Source: Gemmatimonadota bacterium
Lineage (GTDB): Bacteria > Gemmatimonadota > Gemmatimonadetes > Gemmatimonadales > GWC2-71-9
Length of the DNA stretch: 64,000 bases
Direction of reading: 5' to 3'
NCBI GenBank assembly: GCA_039930765.1
Contig: JBDTTF010000011.1
Coordinates: forward strand, 28,815-92,814
The notes beneath the pieces are model-generated. The model was not told the origin of the DNA. It did no database searches and worked only from the letters and a program-made list of their open reading frames with translations. Positions 34,143-41,944 of the stretch are shown one piece after another. Made by a program: the position numbers and the translations under genes. The first letter of the stretch is position 1; each line of letters begins with the position of its first letter.

Positions 34143-34850
34143 ATGTGGCTCGCCCTCGAAACCTCCGGCGATCTGGCGTCGGCCGCGGTGGGAACTTCCG
34201 GCCGCCTCATTGCCCAGGCCTCAATCACCGAACCGCGTCACCAGGCATCGGAACTGCCGGGGCTGATCGATCAGGTGCTCCGGATGGCCGGGGCAACGGA
34301 GTCGGAAATCGAAGGGATCATCATTGGTGATGGCCCTGGCGGCTTCACCGGTCTGCGAATCGGCGCGACGGTCGTCAAGGCGCTGGTGAGGGCCAGGCGG
34401 CGGCCGCTCTGGACCATCGCCTCGCTTCGGGCGCTCGCGGCGGCCAGGGCAGGATCGAGGGGCAGGACCGTCGTGGCCCTGGGAGATGCCCTGCGGGGGG
34501 AGGTCTACGCGACTGCGGTCCGCGGACATGCTGCCGGCCTCGAAACCGTCGTGCCGGCGCGAGTGTGGCGGGCCGGCGAATTGGCTGCCCAACTGCCGGC
34601 CCCCGATTTGGTCGTCATCCGACCCGAAGGCAGGAATCTTCTACCCTCGGCGTGGGCCGGCATCGAGACTGAAATTGCCTCGCCTTCGGCGGCCGAGCTG
34701 CTCGACCTGATCGGACGTGCGGCAGGGGCAAGACACATCCCCGATCCCGAGGGATGGGAGCCTGAGTATGGCCGACCCGCCGAGGCCCAGGCCAAATGGG
34801 AAGCGACGCATGGCAGACGACTACCTGATTCGCCCGGCCAGCTCAGCTGA
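34143..34850 (+). CDS. tsaB: tRNA t6A37 biosynthesis protein TsaB
   Basis: MWLALETSGDLASAAV, GPGGFTGLRIG. Confidence 0.8.
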   Translation: MWLALETSGDLASAAVGTSGRLIAQASITEPRHQASELPGLIDQVLRMAGATESEIEGIIIGDGPGGFTGLRIGATVVKALVRARRRPLWTIASLRALAAARAGSRGRTVVALGDALRGEVYATAVRGHAAGLETVVPARVWRAGELAAQLPAPDLVVIRPEGRNLLPSAWAGIETEIASPSAAELLDLIGRAAGARHIPDPEGWEPEYGRPAEAQAKWEATHGRRLPDSPGQLS

Positions 34851-35271
34851 CATCGCCGACCTGGTGCGGATTGAACGGGCTTGCTTCAGCGATCCCTGGT
34901 CGGCCCAGGGCTTCCAGGAAGTGCTCAGCGCCCGGGGATCGCTGGGCCTGATCGCCCAGGATGAAACTGACGCCGTTGCCGGCTATCTCCTCGCACGCTC
35001 GGTGCTCGATGAATGTGAAATTCTCAATCTGGCGGTGCTGCCGGAGGCCAGGCGCAAAGGGATTGGCCGGCGGATTCTGGAGCGGGCATTGGCCGAAATC
35101 CGTGCCGGTGGGGTCACCAGGATTTATCTGGAAGTGAGACCTTCGAACCAGCCAGCCCAGTCGCTGTATGCCGACTTCGGATTTCGTCCGCTGGGGCTGC
35201 GACCGAATTATTACCGAAGCCCGCGCGAGGATGGTCTGGTACTTTGCCTGACTATCGGGGCTACGGCGTAA
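34810..35271 (+). CDS. rimI: ribosomal-protein-alanine N-acetyltransferase (GNAT)
   Basis: IRPASSADIADLVRIERACFSDPWS, ILNLAVLPEARRKGIGRRIL, LEVRPSN..A..LY...GF; start ATG 34810 overlaps tsaB by 41 nt (uncertain). Confidence 0.75.
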   Translation: MADDYLIRPASSADIADLVRIERACFSDPWSAQGFQEVLSARGSLGLIAQDETDAVAGYLLARSVLDECEILNLAVLPEARRKGIGRRILERALAEIRAGGVTRIYLEVRPSNQPAQSLYADFGFRPLGLRPNYYRSPREDGLVLCLTIGATA

Positions 35272-35297
35272 TTTCGGTACTATCGACGTAAATTTGG

Positions 35298-35326
35298 TTG
35301 ACGAAAGGACTTGCGACCACTATATT
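35298..35326 (+). promoter_or_regulatory. candidate promoter of ssb
   Basis: TTGACG (35298-35303), 17-nt spacer, TATATT (35321-35326); GGAGG SD 6 nt before ATG 35377. Confidence 0.5.
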
Positions 35327-35376
35327 TTGCCCGGGTCCGCTGGGCCCTACCTCTGCATTACGTATTGGAGGTTTTC

Positions 35377-35856
35377 ATGAGTCGCAGTCTGAACAAAGCC
35401 ACCCTGATCGGGAACCTGGGGGCAGACCCCGAAGTCCGGAGCACCAGCAACGGGGCCCGGGTCGCCACCTTTTCCCTGGCCACCAGCCGCCAGTGGAAGG
35501 GGCAGTCCGGGGACAAGCAGGAAAAGACCGAATGGCACCGGGTCGTCGCGTGGAACAACAAGGGATCGGGCCTGGCTGACCTGATCGAGAAGTACGCCAA
35601 GAAGGGCGACAAGGTATTCGTCGAAGGCAGCATCGAATACCGGACCTGGCAGGACCGCGAAGGCCAGACCCGCTACACCACCGAGATCAACGCCCGCGAG
35701 ATCATTCTGCTCTCCGGGCGCCCCAGTGGTGAATCAGCGGAGTCTTTTACCGCTCCGAAGGTTGGGGCCACCGCGAATGCGGCGCCCAAGAAGGACGGAG
35801 CGTTTGATGACTTCCCGGAGGCACTGGATGCCGAGGACGACGATCTCCCGTTCTAA
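35377..35856 (+). CDS. ssb: single-stranded DNA-binding protein
   Basis: LNKATLIGNLGADPEVR, TEWHRVVAW, acidic tail DDDLPF. Confidence 0.93.
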   Translation: MSRSLNKATLIGNLGADPEVRSTSNGARVATFSLATSRQWKGQSGDKQEKTEWHRVVAWNNKGSGLADLIEKYAKKGDKVFVEGSIEYRTWQDREGQTRYTTEINAREIILLSGRPSGESAESFTAPKVGATANAAPKKDGAFDDFPEALDAEDDDLPF

Positions 35857-37081
35857 GCTGATGTCCGCCCTGCTGGTGTTGTGCACCGCCGCGGTTCCCG
35901 CGGCGGTGTACGCTCAGTCGCCGACCAACCCGACGGCTGATTCGCACACCGTGCGCAAAGGCGACACGCTGTGGGATCTGGCTCGCCAGTACTACGGCGA
36001 TCCCCTCCTCTGGCCTCAGATCTACCGGCTCAACACCACCGTGGTCGAAGATCCGCACTGGATCTATCCCGGTGAGGTGCTCAACCTGCGCGGCGACGGT
36101 TCAACCGCCGCCGTGCCGGCTGCGGGTTCCACCGCCGCTGCCCAGCCTGCCGCGGTAGCGGCGACGGATACCGCTGCCGCCCAGCCAGCCGCTGCGGCCG
36201 ACAGCGCCGCCCCCGCCGATGCCATGGCCGCCAACCCGGAGCCGGTCGATGCCGCCGACACCGCGACGGTGGCCTCCGAGGAATACGCTGATCAGCCAAT
36301 GGGTGATGACACGACCGGTGCCCTGTTCCCCTCGGCCAACGCCCGGACCGTGACACCGTACACGGCCGACGTGGCCAGTCAGTACCGGCCGCTGCGCCGC
36401 ACCGAATTCTTTTCCTCCGGGTATGTCACTGAGGGCCAGAAACTGCCGCTGGGCCGAGTCACCGGTCCCGTCACGCCGAAGGATGTCGATATCCATTCCA
36501 ATGGCCGGTCCGGCGCGTACATCCGGACCCAGATCGGCATCATCCCGCCGAAGGGCGCCACCTACCAGGTCGGTGATACCCTGATGATCGTTTCGGTGGG
36601 ACGCCAGGTGCCGAAGTACGGCAACATGGTATTCCCCACCGGCATGGCGGTCGTGCGTGATGTCAGCCGCCAGGAAAATGTGGCTGAAATCGTGGCCCAG
36701 TACAACGAAGTGTACCGCGGGATGAACGTCCTCCCGGCCGAGAAATTCCCCGGCAGCGGCACCAGTCGGGCAGTTCCGATTTCCGATGGCATCGCGGGCA
36801 AGGTCCTGACCCGGGTCAACCGGACTCGGCTCAACCTGACTCAGGATGTCCTGATCCTCGACAAGGGCCGTTCCGATGGCGTGGCCCTCGGGGATATCTT
36901 TGAGATCCGGCGGACTGTGGTCTCGCACCCGGACGCGGCCGATACCGCTCCGGATGTGATCGCCCGGCTGCAGGTCGTGCATGTGAAGGATCACACCGCT
37001 TCCGGCAAGATCGTTTGGCTCGGAACCGGCTCGGTGCCGGACGGCGCGCCCGCGCGTCAGGTTGCCAAGCTGCCGTCCTAG
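35828..37081 (+). CDS. secreted LysM-domain protein with Ala/Pro-rich linker and uncharacterised C-terminal domain
   Basis: Signal peptide (MPRTTISRSKLMSALLVLCTAAVPAAVYA), LysM HTVRKGDTLWDLARQYYGDPLLWPQIYRLN; alternative start ATG 35861. Confidence 0.7.
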   Translation: MPRTTISRSKLMSALLVLCTAAVPAAVYAQSPTNPTADSHTVRKGDTLWDLARQYYGDPLLWPQIYRLNTTVVEDPHWIYPGEVLNLRGDGSTAAVPAAGSTAAAQPAAVAATDTAAAQPAAAADSAAPADAMAANPEPVDAADTATVASEEYADQPMGDDTTGALFPSANARTVTPYTADVASQYRPLRRTEFFSSGYVTEGQKLPLGRVTGPVTPKDVDIHSNGRSGAYIRTQIGIIPPKGATYQVGDTLMIVSVGRQVPKYGNMVFPTGMAVVRDVSRQENVAEIVAQYNEVYRGMNVLPAEKFPGSGTSRAVPISDGIAGKVLTRVNRTRLNLTQDVLILDKGRSDGVALGDIFEIRRTVVSHPDAADTAPDVIARLQVVHVKDHTASGKIVWLGTGSVPDGAPARQVAKLPS

Positions 37082-37117
37082 CTGGAACCGCTCCTCCCCG
37101 ACGTGTTCTGATACGAG

Positions 37118-37150
37118 AGGGGCGTTCCGACGCCCCTTTCGTCTGTTTCC
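37118..37150 (+). terminator. rho-independent terminator after the LysM gene
   Basis: AGGGGCGT-TCCG-ACGCCCCT followed by TTCGTCTGTTT. Confidence 0.6.
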
Positions 37151-37192
37151 CACCCGGCGGATGTCAACCGTCGCCGCAATTCCGGAGGCCTG

Positions 37193-37906
37193 GTGCTCTT
37201 TCAGCTCGGACCCACCACCCCGTCATCCTCGCTCATGCTGGTGGCGCATGCCAGCCTCGAGACCAAGCTCGTGCTGCTGGTCATTGTGGTCTTCTCCCTG
37301 GCCGGCTGGTTCATCATCGGGCTCAAATGGTGGCAATTCCACCGGCTCCGACAGCAGGCCGACAAGTTCTTCGCCGAGCTGGAACGAACTACCCGGCTCA
37401 AGGACGCGTACCACGCGGTGCTGAAGCTGCCACCCTCACCCTACAACCGGCTGTTTCGCGAGGGGCTGAATTTCTACTCTGAACTCCGCCCCGGGACATT
37501 GCGCGATGTCGACGTCCCCGCCGGTGGCGGCCTCAGCGGCCCCCAGCTCGAGGCACTCAAGATGGTGCTCGGCAAGGAAGTGGCGGCGGAGCGTGATCTG
37601 ATGGGGCACTACATCCCCTGGCTCGCCACGATCGGCTCGGTCAGCCCCTTGCTCGGGCTGCTCGGGACGGTGCTCGGCGTCATGGACGCGTTCATCGGAA
37701 TTGCCTCCAAGGGTTCCGGGAATATTGCGGCCGTGGCACCCGGCGTCGCCGAAGCACTGGTCACCACGGTCGGTGGCCTGGCGGCGGCCATCCCGGCGGT
37801 GATTGCCTACAACCTCTTCGTCAACCGGATCAACCTGTTCACCGGGGAGCTGGAAGGGTTCGCCAACGAACTGATCGGCTCGATGGCCCGGGAGGGGCTG
37901 CTCTAG
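37193..37906 (+). CDS. tolQ: MotA/TolQ/ExbB proton-channel protein (TolQ by context)
   Basis: Three TM segments, IGSVSPLLGLLGTVLGVMDAF, VAPGVAEALVTTVGGLAAAIP; alternative start ATG 37235. Confidence 0.85.
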   Translation: MLFQLGPTTPSSSLMLVAHASLETKLVLLVIVVFSLAGWFIIGLKWWQFHRLRQQADKFFAELERTTRLKDAYHAVLKLPPSPYNRLFREGLNFYSELRPGTLRDVDVPAGGGLSGPQLEALKMVLGKEVAAERDLMGHYIPWLATIGSVSPLLGLLGTVLGVMDAFIGIASKGSGNIAAVAPGVAEALVTTVGGLAAAIPAVIAYNLFVNRINLFTGELEGFANELIGSMAREGLL

Positions 37907-37907
37907 C

Positions 37908-38336
37908 ATGGCTATGGGTCTGGGCGGTGGGCTTCGGGGCCGGGGCGATTTGCCCATGAACGCCGACGTTAACATCACCTCGCTGGTCGACGTGGCATTC
38001 GTGCTGCTGATCATCTTCATGATGACGGCCCCGATGATGCAAGGCGGGGTGGATGTCGAGCTGCCCCGCGCCGAGGCACGCCCGCTGCCGACCAAGGAGG
38101 CCATGGTCGTCTCGGTCGACCGCACCGGCAAGATCTACATCGACGAAGCGGCGGTTTCGCTGGCGGACTTCCGACTGACCTTCCGGGCGCTGGTGGCACA
38201 GCGCAAGCCCGGCGGCGTCTACCTCAGGGCCGACGCGCGGGTGCCGTACGGCGATGTGATCAAGGTCCTGGCCACGATCCGGACGTCCGGCGTTCAGAAT
38301 GTGGGGCTGGTCGCCGAAGAGGAGCAGGCCCCGTGA
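37908..38336 (+). CDS. tolR: ExbD/TolR biopolymer transport protein
   Basis: NITSLVDVAFVLLIIFM, periplasmic domain ADARVPYGDVIKVLATIRTSG. Confidence 0.85.
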   Translation: MAMGLGGGLRGRGDLPMNADVNITSLVDVAFVLLIIFMMTAPMMQGGVDVELPRAEARPLPTKEAMVVSVDRTGKIYIDEAAVSLADFRLTFRALVAQRKPGGVYLRADARVPYGDVIKVLATIRTSGVQNVGLVAEEEQAP

Positions 38337-39064
38337 AGTTCCACCGCCTCGGGCGCGACCGCTCGGGCCGGGCCGCCGGGCTGCTGGGCACGCTGCTGAT
38401 TCACGGTGGCGGGGTCTTTTTCCTGATCGCGGCGGTCAAGCCACTGGAGATCGGTCCGCCGGTGTACGCCGTGGACCTGGTCGCCGCCCCGGCGCCGGCC
38501 CCGAATCAAAAGCCGGCCCCGGAAGTGGTCCAGCGAGAATCAGCGCCGGCACCGACACCAACAGCGCCCGCACCAGACACCAAGACTGCACCGGTCGCGG
38601 CCAAACCCAAACCGAAGTCCCCACCGGTCGCGCCTCCGAAGCCTGCGCCGGCCACAACCACACCGGTTCAGAAGGAGCCACCGCCGCGTACGTCCGCCCC
38701 GGCCACGCCAGCACCCGGCGAGACGCCGAGCACCGGTTCGGATGCCGTCACGGTCAAGACTCCCGGGCTTGATTTTCCCTATCCCGAGTATCTGCGCAAC
38801 CTCGTCTCACAGGTGTACAAGCGGTGGGACCGTCCCAGCGGCAACATTTCGCTCAAGGCCGAGGTCAGCTTCATGATTCTCCGGGACGGCACGGTGAAAA
38901 ACATCCGCTTCGTCACTCCGTCGGGCAGCTTTTCCTTCGACCTCGGCGCCCAGGGTGCGGTCGAGGCGGCCGGCAATGCCGGCTCGTTCGGCGCCCTGCC
39001 CGATGGCTATCCTGCTGATGTACTGCCGGTCAGCTTCTTCTTTACTCCGCGTGCCACTCCATGA
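38333..39064 (+). CDS. TonB-C-domain energy transducer occupying the TolA position
   Basis: N-terminal TM (LLGTLLIHGGGVFFLI), Pro/Ala/Lys-rich linker, C-terminal FPYPEYLRNLVSQVYKRW...; GTGA overlap with tolR. Confidence 0.7.
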   Translation: MKFHRLGRDRSGRAAGLLGTLLIHGGGVFFLIAAVKPLEIGPPVYAVDLVAAPAPAPNQKPAPEVVQRESAPAPTPTAPAPDTKTAPVAAKPKPKSPPVAPPKPAPATTTPVQKEPPPRTSAPATPAPGETPSTGSDAVTVKTPGLDFPYPEYLRNLVSQVYKRWDRPSGNISLKAEVSFMILRDGTVKNIRFVTPSGSFSFDLGAQGAVEAAGNAGSFGALPDGYPADVLPVSFFFTPRATP

Positions 39065-40398
39065 CGTATACTCGATCAGCACTGTTGGCCACTCTTGTCC
39101 TGGCTGCTGCCAGTCCGCTGGCGGCCCAGGATTCCACGAAGACCATTGACCAGGGTGTCCGGGTCGGGATCACGTATACCCCCGGCGTGCGGCCAGGGCT
39201 GGTCGTGATCCCGGGCCCGGGGCTCGATTCGCTTCGGGCCATCGTCCAGCGCGATCTCGATTTCAGTGATCGGTTCGAGATGCTGGTGCTGCCGCCGACC
39301 GCCGGTCTGCCCAGCGACGCATTTCGGCCGGGACTGGCACCCCCGCCACTCAACTACCAGCTGTACCGAACGCTCGGGGCCAGCTATGCGGTTGAGCTTG
39401 CCGCTGGAATGGGTGGCACCCTGATCCGGCTGCACGATGTCGGGGCGGGGAAGGTGCTTCACGAGGCCACCAGGCCGTTTCCCGATCAGGCCGACCCTGG
39501 TTTCCGGCTCGGGGCGCACCGACTGAGCGATGAAATCGTCCGCTGGATCACCGGCACCCCCGGAATCGCCTCGAGCCGGTTGGCCCTGGTCATCGATCGG
39601 CGGGTCTGGCGCATCGATAGTGATGGCGGAGATATCACCCCGCTGACCGGCGCGGGGGAGGAAGCGCTGTCACCGGCCTGGTCGCCGGACGGCCGGAAGC
39701 TGGCTTTCACGCTGTTCGCCGGTGGCCGCGGGTCGATCGTCCTGCTGGATCTGTCCGGCGGGCCGAGAGCCACCGTTCCATCGACCAATTCCTATTTGAA
39801 TCTGACCCCGATGTTTTCGCCGGATGGACATACTCTCGCCTTTGCCCGGTCGAGCGAAGAGGGTACCGATATTTACACGGCGGATGTGGTACAGATGTGC
39901 TGTGTGCAGCGCTTGACCGTGGGGCGCTATGCGGACAACTTGAATCCGACCTATGCACCGGATGGGCGCCGTCTGGCCTTCGTATCCACCCGGGCAGGTC
40001 TGCCGCAGATCTACGCCATGGCATCGGATGGCACCGACCAGGAACTACTGGCGCCATTTGACTATGGAGTGACTGGCAGCTCCAATGCACCAGAGTGGTC
40101 GCCCGATGGAGCCCGGGTCGTGTTCCATCGTGAAGTCGATCGCAGTCCCCAGCTGTTCCTCCTGGACGTCGCGGGAGGACGGGTCCGGCAGCTCACATCG
40201 GCCGGCCGCAATGAAGACCCGACCTGGGCGCCCGACGGTCGGCACCTGGCGTTCGTGTCTGACCGGAGCGGCCGTCGGCAGCTCTGGGTGATCGACGTTG
40301 AATCCGGGCGCATCCGGCAGTTGAATACCTCGGGCAATGCGCGGCTACCCGCCTGGTCACGGCGGCTCGCCGGTGCCTCTCTTACCACCAACCCTTGA
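39061..40398 (+). CDS. tolB: Tol-Pal system beta-propeller protein TolB
   Basis: Signal peptide; repeated blades SPAWSPDGRKLAF, PMFSPDGHTLAF, PTYAPDGRRLAF, PEWSPDGARVVF, PTWAPDGRHLAF; ATGA overlap. Confidence 0.88.
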   Translation: MTYTRSALLATLVLAAASPLAAQDSTKTIDQGVRVGITYTPGVRPGLVVIPGPGLDSLRAIVQRDLDFSDRFEMLVLPPTAGLPSDAFRPGLAPPPLNYQLYRTLGASYAVELAAGMGGTLIRLHDVGAGKVLHEATRPFPDQADPGFRLGAHRLSDEIVRWITGTPGIASSRLALVIDRRVWRIDSDGGDITPLTGAGEEALSPAWSPDGRKLAFTLFAGGRGSIVLLDLSGGPRATVPSTNSYLNLTPMFSPDGHTLAFARSSEEGTDIYTADVVQMCCVQRLTVGRYADNLNPTYAPDGRRLAFVSTRAGLPQIYAMASDGTDQELLAPFDYGVTGSSNAPEWSPDGARVVFHREVDRSPQLFLLDVAGGRVRQLTSAGRNEDPTWAPDGRHLAFVSDRSGRRQLWVIDVESGRIRQLNTSGNARLPAWSRRLAGASLTTNP

Positions 40399-40412
40399 AG
40401 TCCGGAGTTCTC

Positions 40413-41027
40413 ATGAGAAATACCCCTGCCACTCTCGTCGGCCTGAGCGCCCTCCTCCTCGTTGCGGCCTGCGGCGGCAAGACCGCGCCGGAGCAGCCGA
40501 CCCCGCAATCGACCCCGACCACGTCGGATGACGCCGCCATGCGCCGCGCCCGCCAGGATTCGATCGATGCGGCCGCTCGAGCCAGGGCCGACGCGGAAGC
40601 GCGTGCCAAGGCTGACGCCGAGGCCCGGGCCCGTTCCGACGCGTCCGGCATGCGGACCTCCCTGATGGATGCGATTACCTCCAAGGTCCACTTCGACTAT
40701 GACAAGGCCGATATCCGCAGCGATGATGAGGCCGCCCTCGATCGCAAGGCCGCGATCCTGGCCGCCAACTCCGGACTGCGGCTCAAGATCGCCGGCAACG
40801 CCGATGAGCGGGGCTCGGATGAATACAACCTGGCGCTCGGCAATCGCCGGGGCGCGGCGGCCAAGCGCTACCTGACGTCCAAGGGCGTCGACGCCGGCCG
40901 GCTCGAAGTGGTGTCCTACGGCGAGGAAAAGCCGGCCAATCCGGGTCACGATGAAGCCGCCTACGCCGACAATCGCCGGGATGATTTCGAAATCACCGCC
41001 GGTGGCGATGGCCTGGTCCAGCCGTGA
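40413..41027 (+). CDS. pal: peptidoglycan-associated lipoprotein (OmpA-like)
   Basis: Lipobox LLLVAAC; FDYDKADIR, GNADERGSDEYNLALGNRRG, NRRDDF. Confidence 0.88.
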   Translation: MRNTPATLVGLSALLLVAACGGKTAPEQPTPQSTPTTSDDAAMRRARQDSIDAAARARADAEARAKADAEARARSDASGMRTSLMDAITSKVHFDYDKADIRSDDEAALDRKAAILAANSGLRLKIAGNADERGSDEYNLALGNRRGAAAKRYLTSKGVDAGRLEVVSYGEEKPANPGHDEAAYADNRRDDFEITAGGDGLVQP

Positions 41028-41824
41028 TCAAGCCCGGCGCGTCGCACCTCGCGGCCGTGGTGCTGCTGCTCGCCGGCTGCGCCAGCAAGGGTGATCTCCG
41101 GCGGATCGAGGACCAGCTGGTCCTCAGCCGCCAGGAGGCCGCTCGTCGCGACACCGCGTCGGCCAGCCGCCTGAACGATATCCTGACTCTGCAGCGCCGC
41201 CTGTCCGATTCCCTGGGACAGGCTGCCCGGACGGTGGCCGCACTCTCGGCCCAGCTGCAGGGCTTCCGGGGTGATGTCTCGAACGACCTGTACAACGTCC
41301 AGCAACAGCTGGTGCAGGTCCAGGCGCTGACCGGGCAGAGTCAGCAGCGGCTCACCGAGCTCCGCACCCAGCTCGACGCCCGCAGCGAACAGATCAGCGC
41401 CGCCAGGCCGGAGCCCTCGGCGCCTGGCGATAGCACCAGGCCGTCCGGACCATCGGCCGACCAGATTTACGAGGCATCACTGAGCCAGCTCCGGAAGGGC
41501 AGCCCCGGCACGGCCCGGATGGGATTCCAGCAGTTTGTCCGGTCCTACGGCCAGGATCCCCGGCTTGCCGATGCGCTCTATTTCATTGGTGAGAGCTATG
41601 CCACCGAGTCCCCCGATTCGGCGGCGGCGTACTACGGACAGGTTGTCTCGGGGTTCCCCCGGTCGGCTCGCGCGGCCACCTCGCTGTACAAGCTCGGACT
41701 GGTGGCCGAAAGCCGGAAGGATGTCGAGGGAGCCAAGGGGTTTTATCAGCGGGTAACCAAGGAATATCCGAGCTCTGACGAAGCCGCCCTTGCCCGGGAT
41801 CGCTTGAAGTCGTTGGGCCGCTGA
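41024..41824 (+). CDS. cpoB: Tol-Pal associated coiled-coil/TPR protein CpoB (YbgF)
   Basis: Lipobox-like LLLAGC, Gln-rich coiled coil, C-terminal TPR (ALYFIGESY, SLYKLGLVAESRKD, YPSSDEAALA); GTGA overlap with pal. Confidence 0.75.
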   Translation: MIKPGASHLAAVVLLLAGCASKGDLRRIEDQLVLSRQEAARRDTASASRLNDILTLQRRLSDSLGQAARTVAALSAQLQGFRGDVSNDLYNVQQQLVQVQALTGQSQQRLTELRTQLDARSEQISAARPEPSAPGDSTRPSGPSADQIYEASLSQLRKGSPGTARMGFQQFVRSYGQDPRLADALYFIGESYATESPDSAAAYYGQVVSGFPRSARAATSLYKLGLVAESRKDVEGAKGFYQRVTKEYPSSDEAALARDRLKSLGR

Positions 41825-41944
41825 ACCGAGGTTAGTCCACCTGATGAGCGGTCCTGTTGGCCATGCGCCGTTCTTCGGTCGTCTTGGAGAACTTCGCTCC
41901 CGGTGGCTCGGGGCCGCCTCGATCGCTGGCCAGCGTGGTGCCGC

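Noticed and set aside
36100-36260. Repetitive GC-rich stretches (36100-36260, 38480-38720, 49480-49570) as possible CRISPR or other non-coding repeats
   Set aside because: They are in-frame Ala/Pro-rich linkers of the LysM, TonB-like and TPR proteins. They lack a regular repeat-spacer periodicity.
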